This document shows, in pieces, positions 16,203 through 24,600 of a stretch of DNA of 64,000 bases. A program made the translations under genes and the position numbers. Where the stretch lies: the NCBI GenBank assembly GCA_040902895.1, contig JBBDWL010000047.1, positions 12,815 to 76,814 of the forward strand, given 5' to 3'. Source of the stretch: Vicinamibacterales bacterium (GTDB lineage Bacteria > Acidobacteriota > Vicinamibacteria > Vicinamibacterales > SCN-69-37). The notes under the pieces are model-generated. The model was not told the DNA's origin. It ran no database searches and saw only the letters and a list, made by a program, of their open reading frames with translations. Within the stretch, counting starts at the first letter, position 1, and every line of letters starts with the position of its first letter.

Positions 16203-17369
16203 ATGAAGCTCCTTGCCTTGCTGCTCTTCATGTTTCCCGGGTTCCAGGCGTCGCCGCCATCCGCGACGCCGGCGCCGTTCCACTGGCATGACGACTACAC
16301 GGAATATCACCTGCTCGAGCCCGCCTCGAGCTCTTTCCACATCGTCTATTACCTGAATCAGCGGCAGGCTGGGCTGACGTACGTGCTCAACCAGACGCGA
16401 TCGGGCAGCGCAGGCTCGGACATCTCGGTCACGGATCCGCGCACGGGCGAGCCGCTCAAGTTCGACTACATGACGGGGAAGGAGCTTGCGGCGGCCGGCG
16501 TGACGGGACGGCTGTCGCCCGAAGAGCACTACATCCGCGCGCATCTCCCGCGGCCGGTGCCGGCAGGCGGCGAAGGCCGCGTGCGCATCGAGAAGACCTA
16601 CGCGGACGCGCAGAGTTATTTCACGAGCGCCGAGACGATCACGTTCGCGCGATCGCTCGGCATCGGACGCAACGCCATCATCCTGCCGGCCGGATATGGG
16701 CTCGTGTCGTCGAACGTCGCGGCTGAAGTCGCGACGCTCGGCGACGGGCGTATCCAGTTGTCGTTCGAGAACATCAACAGCTACGCGTCGGACGTCAGCA
16801 TTCGCGCGGCCCGCCGGGCCGGCGCGAAGCGTCTGCCCGCGGGAGCGACGAGCAACGCGTTCCGCTCGACAAAGACGCTCTACGAGATCGGCGCGGACGG
16901 TCTGGTCGCCGTGCGGCACGAGCGCGTGCACTGGACGAGTCCGGAGCGCTTCGGTCCGGACGCGACGCTCACGACGGTTGGTCTGGAACAGTTTGGAAGC
17001 CTTCGCAACGTGCGTGTCACCGACCTCGACACCGGCGAACCGATGGCCGTTGTGCCGCCGGCGGGACGAGGTCAATTCCCCTCAGCGCGTCTCACGCCCA
17101 TGCCCGGCACGCCGATCCTTAGCGCGAACATTCGCATCGAAGGTACGCTGCGGGAGCCGGCCGACATCCGGCCGGTCGGTCTTACATGGTCGCGCGTGCT
17201 GTTCGAACCGCGCGCCACGATCGTGCTGCCCGCCGGTTACGAAGTGACGTACGTCAATGTACCGGTTACGACGGGCACGCTGCCGGACGGACGCATGTAT
17301 CTCCAGGTCGTGAACAACCGTGTGGCGAGCACCGTCCGGCTCGAGATTCGGGCAGGGAAGATCGAGTGA
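16203..17369 (+). CDS. Secreted hypothetical protein
   Basis: It has a signal peptide (MKLLALLLFMFPGFQA) and is a long ORF with coding-like composition. No family is recognised. Confidence 0.6.
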   Translation: MKLLALLLFMFPGFQASPPSATPAPFHWHDDYTEYHLLEPASSSFHIVYYLNQRQAGLTYVLNQTRSGSAGSDISVTDPRTGEPLKFDYMTGKELAAAGVTGRLSPEEHYIRAHLPRPVPAGGEGRVRIEKTYADAQSYFTSAETITFARSLGIGRNAIILPAGYGLVSSNVAAEVATLGDGRIQLSFENINSYASDVSIRAARRAGAKRLPAGATSNAFRSTKTLYEIGADGLVAVRHERVHWTSPERFGPDATLTTVGLEQFGSLRNVRVTDLDTGEPMAVVPPAGRGQFPSARLTPMPGTPILSANIRIEGTLREPADIRPVGLTWSRVLFEPRATIVLPAGYEVTYVNVPVTTGTLPDGRMYLQVVNNRVASTVRLEIRAGKIE

Positions 17370-17372
17370 CGC

Positions 17373-17756
17373 CTACGCGACCCGTTCGGCGCCGTCGAGT
17401 CGAGCGAGCGTCGTGTCGAATGTCCCCAGCGGCAGATGGCCGGCCTTTCGCGCGATCTCGAGCAGCAAACAGTCAGAGAAGCCGAGGGCGGGACGTTCGC
17501 GAAACCGCTCGAGTGCAGCGGCAATGACATCGGCATCCTGCAAGGTCAGACTGGTGTGGCTGAGGAGCATTTCGATCGCAACTGCAATGTCGTCCGGGCC
17601 TCGATCGTAGACAGCCGACAACACCCATGACGCCTCGGCCAGCGCCAGGGCGGGCACCCATGCTCCCGGCTCGACGAACCGATCCGCCGCCGCGGCCTGC
17701 TTCGCATCGTCGCGTGTGAGCAGTCGCACCAGGACGTTCGTGTCAACCGCGCGCAT
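17373..17756 (-). CDS. vapC: PIN-domain toxin VapC
   Basis: MRAVDTNVLVRLL ... LALAEASWVL ... GFSDCLLLEIA is PIN-like. It overlaps the upstream antitoxin gene by 14 nt. Confidence 0.85.
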   Translation of the reverse strand: MRAVDTNVLVRLLTRDDAKQAAAADRFVEPGAWVPALALAEASWVLSAVYDRGPDDIAVAIEMLLSHTSLTLQDADVIAAALERFRERPALGFSDCLLLEIARKAGHLPLGTFDTTLARLDGAERVA

Positions 17757-18006
17757 GGCGTTTCCGGATCTGCCGCCGGACGCCCTCCTTCAGCTCGGTC
17801 AAGTTCTTGGGCCTCGGCGTCTTGCTCCGAAAAATCGCCCGGTGGATGTCTTCCGAGCGGTACTGCCCGACACGCCGCACGACAACCTCCTGCCCGTCCT
17901 CGTCCCATTCGAGCACGGAGCCAGGGCCTACGCCTAGCTTGCGGCGTACTTCCGCGGGAACCGAGATTTGTCCCTGTGCGGTGAGCCTCGACCGGGCAAT
18001 AGCCAT
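17743..18006 (-). CDS. vapB: AbrB/MazE/SpoVT-family antitoxin (VapB)
   Basis: SRLTAQGQISVPAEVRRKLGVGPGSVLEWDEDGQEVVVR is the swapped-hairpin AbrB-type motif. Confidence 0.8.
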   Translation of the reverse strand: MAIARSRLTAQGQISVPAEVRRKLGVGPGSVLEWDEDGQEVVVRRVGQYRSEDIHRAIFRSKTPRPKNLTELKEGVRRQIRKRHARG

Positions 18007-18015
18007 GCTTTCATA

Positions 18016-18027
18016 TTACCATGGTAA
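18016..18027. promoter_or_regulatory. Perfect 12-bp palindrome upstream of the AbrB-type vapB, candidate operator
   Basis: TTACCATGGTAA begins 10 bp upstream of the start codon at 18006. Confidence 0.4.
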
Positions 18028-18113
18028 GGAGAGCCGGCGCCCAGCCAGCTGGGCCGCCATGTGTTTCGTTATAGGACAGCATCCCCCAGACCCGACGTAG
18101 TACTCTGGAGGGC

Positions 18114-20423
18114 TTGCCTTCATACCGAAAGACCCACCGTTCGATCGACATCAACCGCCTCGCCGTGCTCGGCAACCATCTGCCGCGGCATTGCGGCATC
18201 GCGACGTTCACCACGCACATCGCCGACGCGCTCGCGGAAGAGCTGCCGGGCGCTGACGGGTTCGTGCTGGCCGTCAACGATGCCGGCCGCCGGCACGCCT
18301 ATCCCTCGCGCGTGCGCTTCGAAATCAAGGAAAGCGATCTCGCGTCGTACCGCCGCGCCGCCGACTATCTGAACGTCAACCGTGTTGACGTGCTGTCAGT
18401 GCAGCACGAGTACGGCATCTTCGGCGGCAAAGCCGGCGCGCATCTGCTGACGCTGCTCGGCGAGCTCCGGATGCCGATCGTCACGACGCTGCACACGATC
18501 CTGTCGGAGCCCAACGACTCACAGCGGGCCGTGATGGACGAGCTCGCCCGCGTCTCGGACCGCCTCATCGTCATGAGCGAGACGGGCGCCGATCTGCTCA
18601 AGCGTGTGCATGGCATTCCGGCGTCGCAGATCGATCTGATTCCGCACGGCATTCCGCAGGTGCCCGCGGTGGGGCGCAGCAAAGAGCTGCTCGGCGTCGC
18701 CGGCAAAACGGTCATTCTGACGTTCGGCCTGCTGTCGCCCGACAAGGGGATCGAGCACGTCATCGACGCGCTGCCCGCGATCCTCGCCGTCCATCCCGAG
18801 ACGGTCTACATCGTCCTCGGCGCGACGCATCCGCACATCATCGAGCGCGACGGCGAGGCGTACCGGCTGATGCTCGAGGCGCGCGCGCAGGCGCTGGGCG
18901 TCGGCGGCAGCATGATCTTTCACAACCGGTTCGTCAGCCAGGACGAGCTCGTCGAGTTCCTGTCGGCCACCGACATCTACATCACCCCGTACTTGAATCC
19001 CGAGCAGATCACGTCGGGCACGCTCGCGTACGCGGTCGGCGCCGGCAAGGCCGTCATTTCGACGCCCTACATCTATGCGCGCGAGCTGCTCGCCGGCGGA
19101 CGCGGCGTGCTCGTGCCGTGGCGCGATTCGGACGCCATCGCGCACGAAGTCATCGCGCTCGTGAGCGACGATGAGAAGCGCGAGGCGATGTGCGAGCGGG
19201 CCGCGGAGCACGGTCTCAGCATGTCGTGGCCGGCCGTGGCGCGGCAGTACGCGCAGAGCTTCGCGAAGGCGCGCAGGCAGTATGTGGGCCGGCGCCGGAC
19301 GGTGTTCCAGGCGCAGACGCTGGCGACGCGCCCGGCGGAGCTGCCCGAGATCGATCTGCGCCATCTGCAGGCGATGACCGACGACACGGGGATGCTGCAG
19401 CACGCGGCGTTCAACGTGCCGCGCTACGAAGACGGCTACTGTATCGACGACAACGCGCGGGCGATGCTGCTCGTCGCGCTGCTCGAGGATGCCGGCAGCG
19501 ACGACCCGGCCACACTGCGCGCGCTGTCGGCGCGGTATCTCGCGTTCGTCCGCTACGCGTTCGATCGCCCCTCGGGCCGCTTCCGGAACTTCCTCTCGTA
19601 CTCGCGCGAATGGCTCGAGCCCTGCGGATCGGAAGACAGCCACGGCCGCACGCTCTGGGCGCTCGGCGCGGTCGTCGGCCGCGCCTCCGATCCGAGCCGC
19701 CTGAGTCTCGCCGGCGATCTGTTCCAGGCCGCGCTGCCGGTCGTCACGTCGTTCAAGAGCCCGCGTGCGTGGGCGTACGCGCTGCTCGGCATCGACGAGT
19801 ACATGCGCGCCTTCCGCGGCGACAGCGTCATCGAAGCGCTGCGCATCGAGCTTGCGAACCGGCTGCTCGGCCTCTTCGAGCGATCGAGCGGCCACGACTG
19901 GCCGTGGTTCGAAGATAGCGTCACCTACTGCAATGCGCGGCTGCCGCAGGCGCTCATCGCATCCGGCTCGCGGCTGCGGAGGCCCGACATGATCGAGGCC
20001 GGCATGCGGTCGCTCGAATGGCTCGTGTCGGTGCAGACGTCGGCCGACGGACATTTCGCCGCGATTGGATCGAACGGCTTCTACACGCGCGGCGACGCTC
20101 CCGCGGCCTTCGATCAGCAGCCGGTGGAAGCGTGCGCGACCGCATCCGCCTGTCTCGAGGCGTATCGCGTGAGCGGCGATTCGCGCTGGCTCCAGCGCGG
20201 GCAGCACGCCTTCAACTGGTTCCTCGGACAGAACCACCTGCATCTGTGGCCCTATGACGCCTCGACCGGCGGCTGCCGCGACGGGCTGCATCACGACCGC
20301 ATGAACATGAACCAGGGCGCCGAGTCCACGTTGTCATTCCTGCTCGCCCTGCACGAGATGCGCGCGAGCGAGCGCGTGGCGATTCAACCTTCACCCGCGC
20401 TCGTCCTTCAGCCCGCATCATGA
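18114..20423 (+). CDS. Glycosyltransferase family 4 (GT-B) protein with a large C-terminal domain
   Basis: The N-terminal half is GT4-like (PRHCGIATFTTHIADAL..., LTFGLLSPDKGIEHVIDAL, a YITPY...E...GTLAYAVGAGKAVISTP type EX7E region). The C-terminal ~370 aa is unassigned. The listed start is TTG and is uncertain. Confidence 0.75.
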   Translation: MPSYRKTHRSIDINRLAVLGNHLPRHCGIATFTTHIADALAEELPGADGFVLAVNDAGRRHAYPSRVRFEIKESDLASYRRAADYLNVNRVDVLSVQHEYGIFGGKAGAHLLTLLGELRMPIVTTLHTILSEPNDSQRAVMDELARVSDRLIVMSETGADLLKRVHGIPASQIDLIPHGIPQVPAVGRSKELLGVAGKTVILTFGLLSPDKGIEHVIDALPAILAVHPETVYIVLGATHPHIIERDGEAYRLMLEARAQALGVGGSMIFHNRFVSQDELVEFLSATDIYITPYLNPEQITSGTLAYAVGAGKAVISTPYIYARELLAGGRGVLVPWRDSDAIAHEVIALVSDDEKREAMCERAAEHGLSMSWPAVARQYAQSFAKARRQYVGRRRTVFQAQTLATRPAELPEIDLRHLQAMTDDTGMLQHAAFNVPRYEDGYCIDDNARAMLLVALLEDAGSDDPATLRALSARYLAFVRYAFDRPSGRFRNFLSYSREWLEPCGSEDSHGRTLWALGAVVGRASDPSRLSLAGDLFQAALPVVTSFKSPRAWAYALLGIDEYMRAFRGDSVIEALRIELANRLLGLFERSSGHDWPWFEDSVTYCNARLPQALIASGSRLRRPDMIEAGMRSLEWLVSVQTSADGHFAAIGSNGFYTRGDAPAAFDQQPVEACATASACLEAYRVSGDSRWLQRGQHAFNWFLGQNHLHLWPYDASTGGCRDGLHHDRMNMNQGAESTLSFLLALHEMRASERVAIQPSPALVLQPAS

Positions 20424-21394
20424 GCACGCTCACGCAGTACGAAACGCTCTTCGAGCGCCACGTCAGCAACCCGATCCTCACCGCCGCCGACTGGCCGTAT
20501 CCGGTGCACACGGTGTTCAACCCGGGCGCGACGAGGCTCGAGGACGGCACGACGCTGCTGCTGTGCCGCGTCGAGGATCGTCGCGGCCTGTCGCACCTGT
20601 GCGCGGCGCGATCGACGAACGGCGTCGATGGATGGGTGATTGATAAGGAGCCGACGTTCCCGGCCGATCCGGCGAAGCATCCCGAGGAACTGTGGGGTGT
20701 CGAGGATCCGCGCATCACATTCGTCGAGGAGCTCGGCAAGTACGCCATCGCCTACACGGCTTTCAGCCGCGGCGGTCCTGGTGTCGCGCTCGCGCTCACG
20801 AAAGACTTCCGCTCGTTCGAGCGGCTCGGACTGGTCATGCAGCCGGATGACAAGGACGCCGCGCTGATGCCGCGCCGCATCAACGGATGCTTCGCGCTGA
20901 TTCATCGCCCGGTGACCGAGTCAGGCGCGCATGTCTGGATGTCGCTGTCGCCCGATCTGCGCAACTGGGGCACGCACACATTGATTCTGCCGGCGCGCCG
21001 CGGCGCCTGGTGGGACGCCAACCGTGTCGGCCTGTCGCCGCCCCTGATCGAGACGCCGCGCGGATGGCTGATGATCTATCACGGCGTGAAGCGCACCGGC
21101 GCCGGCTGCCTCTATCGCATGGGCGCCGCGCTCTTCGATCGCGAAACGGCGCAGCGCTGCCTGCTGCGCGGCGACGCGTGGATCTTCGGGCCCGAGACGC
21201 CGTACGAGCGCGAGGGGGATGTCGGCTACGTCGCCTTTTCCTGCGGCTATACGCTGGACGATGACGGCGACGGGCTCAATCTGTATTACGGCGCAGCCGA
21301 TTCGAGCATCGCCCTGGCACGGGGAAGCGTCAAGCAGGTGCTCGCCTGGCTCGACGAGCACGGCGATCAGAAGCTCGATTCGTCGATGCGCTAA
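20420..21394 (+). CDS. GH130-family glycosidase / glycoside phosphorylase
   Basis: NPILTAADWPY..VFNPGA...LLCRVEDRRG...WGVEDPRITF...YAIAYTA is the GH130 (DUF377) beta-propeller pattern. Its start overlaps the upstream stop by 4 nt. Confidence 0.8.
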   Translation: MSTLTQYETLFERHVSNPILTAADWPYPVHTVFNPGATRLEDGTTLLLCRVEDRRGLSHLCAARSTNGVDGWVIDKEPTFPADPAKHPEELWGVEDPRITFVEELGKYAIAYTAFSRGGPGVALALTKDFRSFERLGLVMQPDDKDAALMPRRINGCFALIHRPVTESGAHVWMSLSPDLRNWGTHTLILPARRGAWWDANRVGLSPPLIETPRGWLMIYHGVKRTGAGCLYRMGAALFDRETAQRCLLRGDAWIFGPETPYEREGDVGYVAFSCGYTLDDDGDGLNLYYGAADSSIALARGSVKQVLAWLDEHGDQKLDSSMR

Positions 21395-21398
21395 AAAT

Positions 21399-21447
21399 GG
21401 GGACGGGTCTCTATTTTTCAGTTTTCGAAAAATAGAGACCCGTCCCC
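21399..21447. terminator. Family-B hairpin copy 1: 20-bp perfect stem between convergent genes; probable bidirectional intrinsic terminator
   Basis: GGGGACGGGTCTCTATTTTT-cagttttcg-AAAAATAGAGACCCGTCCCC is preceded by an A-run. It sits between the GH130 stop (21394) and the vapC stop (21451). Confidence 0.7.
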
Positions 21448-21450
21448 TGC

Positions 21451-21891
21451 TTAAATGAGCGCCAGCGTCTCCGCGGTTGCGCCCTTGACCGCGCCGAGCG
21501 GCATCGATCGATCGAACGTCGCGAGACGGCCCTTCCTGTTCACCGCGAGCCCCAGCAGGTAAATGCTGGTAACGCGGCCGTGGCCGCCGGCCCGCATCAG
21601 ATCGAACACATCATCCCGCAGCGAGAGGGCGTCGCGCCAGAACTGGTGATCGCCGCTCTCGCAAAACGCGCGCAGTCGATCGAGCGCCGTCGCCGCGCGC
21701 TCGCCGGCCGCGCCGTACGCTGGGTCCGACAGCACGCGCACGAACGCGCTCTCGGTGATCGGACAGGTCGCCCACCCGAAATGCCGGTTCGCCTCGAACC
21801 AGTCATGCGCGGCGTCGTGATGGATGTGATGCGGATCGAACAGCGCCACCAGCACGTTCACATCGAGCAGCGCCGGCGCACCGGCACTCAT
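21451..21891 (-). CDS. vapC: PIN-domain toxin VapC
   Basis: LLDVNVLVALFDPHHIHHDAAHDWF ... PITESAFVRVL ... TSIYLLGLAV. Its start shares one nt with the vapB stop (TAATG). Confidence 0.85.
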   Translation of the reverse strand: MSAGAPALLDVNVLVALFDPHHIHHDAAHDWFEANRHFGWATCPITESAFVRVLSDPAYGAAGERAATALDRLRAFCESGDHQFWRDALSLRDDVFDLMRAGGHGRVTSIYLLGLAVNRKGRLATFDRSMPLGAVKGATAETLALI

Positions 21892-22205
21892 TACTCTCCG
21901 GCGGGGACCCCTGCACCCCGCCTGGCTCGCTCGCTCGCGGGGCCCCCGCGCCCCGCTCCGCTCACTGCGCCCTCCTTGTCCCGCAGCTCGTTCACCAGCT
22001 TCATCGTCGGCCGCGGTTCGCCGGACGCACGCGGAGGCAGCAGCGGCACGCCGTTCCGCACAGGGATCTGTTCGGAGCCCCCCGCCTGCGCGAGCCCGCG
22101 CCGGGCCAGATCGGAGACAACTTTGCCAATCGTCGACCGCCTGCCGTGCGCTAACTCCTTGGCTGCCTGCAGGATGTCGTCATCGAGGTCGATAGTTGTC
22201 CGCAT
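21891..22205 (-). CDS. vapB: VapB-family antitoxin whose C-terminal ~25 codons and stop are encoded by a family-A repeat
   Basis: MRTTIDLDDDILQAAKELA is the VapB N-terminal signature. The tail AVSGAGRGGPASERARRGAGVPAGE is the translation of repeat copy 21899-21965. Confidence 0.75.
   Translation of the reverse strand: MRTTIDLDDDILQAAKELAHGRRSTIGKVVSDLARRGLAQAGGSEQIPVRNGVPLLPPRASGEPRPTMKLVNELRDKEGAVSGAGRGGPASERARRGAGVPAGE
21899..21965 (+). repeat. Family-A GC-rich double-hairpin repeat, copy 1
   Basis: GGCGGGG-acccctgca-CCCCGCC tggctcgctcgctc GCGGGGC-ccccgc-GCCCCGC. It is about 85 percent identical to the copies at 25438-25504 and 38647-38710 (the latter inverted). Confidence 0.85.
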
Positions 22206-22291
22206 GATGTGCGCTATCATCAAACATCACGCATCAGATGTCAAGAGATCCGCGAGCCCTAAAGGGCTGCGCCACCGCCTGAAGTCCCGGC

Positions 22292-23350
22292 CTACATCGT
22301 CAGCACGACCTTCCCTACGTTCTGGCGGCTCTGGAGATAGGCGTGCGCGTCGGCCACTTTCTCGAGCGGGAAGGTCTCGGCGATGACGGGCTTCAGGCGG
22401 CCCGACTCGAACTCCTGCATCAGCATCGACACGATCGGCGCGAGTTGATCGCGGGCGTCCCAGAGGTGGCCCACGTTGAGGCCGAAGACGCCGCGGTTGC
22501 GGTTGATGAGCGAGAGTGCCTTGAAGCGCGGCATCGACCACAGCGTCTTCGCGATCGCCACCAGGCTGCGCGTGCGTGACGGAGCGATGCGCGACACGCC
22601 GAACATCACCAGGCGCCCGAGCGGCGCGAGCAGGGCGTAGCTTTCGGCGAAGCTGTCGCCGCCGAGCGGATCGAGGATCACGTCGACGCCGCGTCCCGCG
22701 GTGAGGCGCTTCACTTCCTTGAAGACATTCGTCGTGTGGTAGTCGATCAGGTGCTCGAACCCGAACCGGTGCAGCGCGCCGTGCTTCGCGGTCGACGCCG
22801 TGCCGATCAAGCGCGCGCGCCGCAGCGCCGCCAGCTGCGCGGCCGCGATGCCCACACCGCCTCCGGCGTTGTGAATCAGCACCGTTTCGCCGGCCGCGAT
22901 GTTCGCCAGCTTGTAGAGCGCGATGGCCGCGGTGAGATACGTAACGGGAATGCCGGCGGCCTCGGCGTCGCTGAGCGCGGCAGGCGTGCGGAAGACGCGC
23001 CAGGCCGGCGCAGTCACGTACTCGCTGTAGCCGTTGAAGGCGGTGATCGCGATGACGCGGTCGCCCTCGGCGACGCCGGCCGCGCCGGGTCCCGCGCGCT
23101 CGATCACGCCGGCGACCTCATATCCGGGCACGTACGGCAGCGTCGGGGCGTCCGGATAGAGGCCCAGCCGCCCCAGCACATCCGCGAAATTGACGCCGGC
23201 CGCGCGCACCCGCACCAGCACCTCGCCCGGCCCCGGTTCGGGCACGGGCCGCTCGTCGATTCTGAAGACTTCGGGACCGCCGATTCGAGGGATGACAGCC
23301 GCGCGCAAGGCGGCAGTATAATTCCCTACCCATTTAGGAGGGGCTTCCAT
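22292..23350 (-). CDS. Zinc-type alcohol dehydrogenase / quinone oxidoreductase (MDR superfamily)
   Basis: GEVLVRVRAAGVNFADV, the GxGGVG nucleotide-binding loop (HNAGGGVGIAAAQLA) and GKVVLT at the C-terminus. The start is uncertain; the listed ATG forms CATG with the divergent gene's ATG. Confidence 0.8.
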   Translation of the reverse strand: MEAPPKWVGNYTAALRAAVIPRIGGPEVFRIDERPVPEPGPGEVLVRVRAAGVNFADVLGRLGLYPDAPTLPYVPGYEVAGVIERAGPGAAGVAEGDRVIAITAFNGYSEYVTAPAWRVFRTPAALSDAEAAGIPVTYLTAAIALYKLANIAAGETVLIHNAGGGVGIAAAQLAALRRARLIGTASTAKHGALHRFGFEHLIDYHTTNVFKEVKRLTAGRGVDVILDPLGGDSFAESYALLAPLGRLVMFGVSRIAPSRTRSLVAIAKTLWSMPRFKALSLINRNRGVFGLNVGHLWDARDQLAPIVSMLMQEFESGRLKPVIAETFPLEKVADAHAYLQSRQNVGKVVLTM

Positions 23351-23705
23351 GCGCCGAATCGCGCCGTATTTTCTAACGTTCGCTCTCGCCGGGCTCGTCC
23401 TGGCGCCCGTGTCCGCTCAGACCCAGGAACCGACCGCCGAGAAGACGATCACCGGTGAAGTGATCGACATCAAGTGCCATAAGGGCAAAGGCCATGAGGG
23501 CTGCGCCACCAGCTGCGTCCGCAAGGGCGAAGCGGCCGGCATCAAGGTCGGTGAAGAGGTCTACATGATCGTCGGTGATTTCACCGCCGACAAGAACGCC
23601 AAGCTCGTGGAGTTCGTCGCCAAAGACGTCGAGGCGACGGGCGTGATCGGCGAGAAGGACGGCCACAAGACGATTGCCGTCTCGAAGATCGCGCTGGTGA
23701 AGTAA
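23349..23705 (+). CDS. Small secreted hypothetical protein (118 aa)
   Basis: It has a signal peptide (FLTFALAGLVLAPVSAQ) and Cys-containing KCHKGKGHEGCATSC. Confidence 0.55.
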   Translation: MRRIAPYFLTFALAGLVLAPVSAQTQEPTAEKTITGEVIDIKCHKGKGHEGCATSCVRKGEAAGIKVGEEVYMIVGDFTADKNAKLVEFVAKDVEATGVIGEKDGHKTIAVSKIALVK

Positions 23706-23711
23706 AAAAAT

Positions 23712-23762
23712 GGGGACGGGTCTTAATTATTCATGCCGCGTGAATAATTAAGACCCGTCCCC
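23712..23762. terminator. Family-B hairpin copy 2: 22-bp perfect stem
   Basis: GGGGACGGGTCTTAATTATTCA-tgccgcg-TGAATAATTAAGACCCGTCCCC is flanked by AAAAAAAT and ATTTT. It starts 7 bp after the stop at 23705. Confidence 0.7.
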
Positions 23763-23839
23763 ATTTTCGAATATGCAGACCGCGGCGCGCGGGACCTACC
23801 GCGGCACACCAGCGTCATGAACGCGGTGGTCGCTCATTC

Positions 23840-24598
23840 ATGAAGACAGCAACGTCGGGCCTGACGGCCTTCCTGCTCGCCGTGCTCATGGCGCCGCCTG
23901 CCTCAGCTCAGAGCCTGCGCGGCAGCCCGGCGTCGCTCGATCGCCAGAACCGCCAGGCTCGTCGGCACGACTTCACGTTCCTGCGGCGGACCTCGCAGCT
24001 CGAGCGGTTCGTCGACGCCGGGCTGCTGGTGCCGCTCGAAGACGGCGGGCCGTACCGTCTGCACGACGTTTCCTTCAACGTCGCCAGGCCGGAGGTGAAG
24101 CTCTTCATCGAGCGCCTGTCGGCACAGTACCTGGCGGCGTGCGGCGAACGGCTGGTCGTCACCAGCCTGACCCGGCCGACGTCGCTGCAGCCCGCGAACG
24201 CGTCGCCGCGCTCCGTGCATCCGACGGGGATGGCCGTGGACCTGCGGGTCCCGGACGGCAAGTGCCGCGGCTGGCTCGAACGGACGCTCCTCACGCTCGA
24301 ACGCCGCCGGCTGCTCGACGCGACGCTCGAGCGGCATCCGCTGCATTTTCATGTGGCCGTGTTCCCCGACGGGTATCTTGCCTATGTCTCGCGCCTGACG
24401 GGACGTTCCGAATCGGCGCTCCTCGCCTCGGTGCTGCGGCCCGCGCGCCATACGGTGCGACGGTCCGAGACGCTCTGGGCGATCGCCGAGCGATACGGCA
24501 CGACGCCGGCGCGCATCAGCGAGGCCAACGGACTCACGTCCGACATCATTTACCCGGGACAGACGCTCGAGATCCCGCAAGACGGGGACGGGTCTTAA
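23840..24598 (+). CDS. Secreted protein with a C-terminal LysM domain (N-terminal domain possibly peptidase M15/DUF5715-like)
   Basis: It has a signal peptide. The LysM is HTVRRSETLWAIAERYGTTPARISEANGLTSDIIYPGQTLEIP. The last codons and stop lie inside a truncated family-B arm. Confidence 0.7.
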   Translation: MKTATSGLTAFLLAVLMAPPASAQSLRGSPASLDRQNRQARRHDFTFLRRTSQLERFVDAGLLVPLEDGGPYRLHDVSFNVARPEVKLFIERLSAQYLAACGERLVVTSLTRPTSLQPANASPRSVHPTGMAVDLRVPDGKCRGWLERTLLTLERRRLLDATLERHPLHFHVAVFPDGYLAYVSRLTGRSESALLASVLRPARHTVRRSETLWAIAERYGTTPARISEANGLTSDIIYPGQTLEIPQDGDGS

Positions 24599-24600
24599 TT
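24584..24600. repeat. Family-B half element (left arm only)
   Basis: GGGGACGGGTCTTAATT is identical to the first 17 nt of the left arm of copy 2. No right arm follows. It is squeezed between convergent stops at 24598 and 24601. Confidence 0.7.

Noticed and set aside
18519-20294. A very long antisense ORF (591 aa) opposite the glycosyltransferase gene. Similar giants lie at 35917..38097, 43413..45287, 9988..10938, 59904..61700, 16170..17075 and 55618..56727.
   Set aside because: Their translations are Arg/Ala/Gly/Pro-rich with no motifs, as expected for stop-poor alternative frames in ~70 percent GC DNA. In each case the opposite or overlapping frame encodes a protein with clear family signatures.
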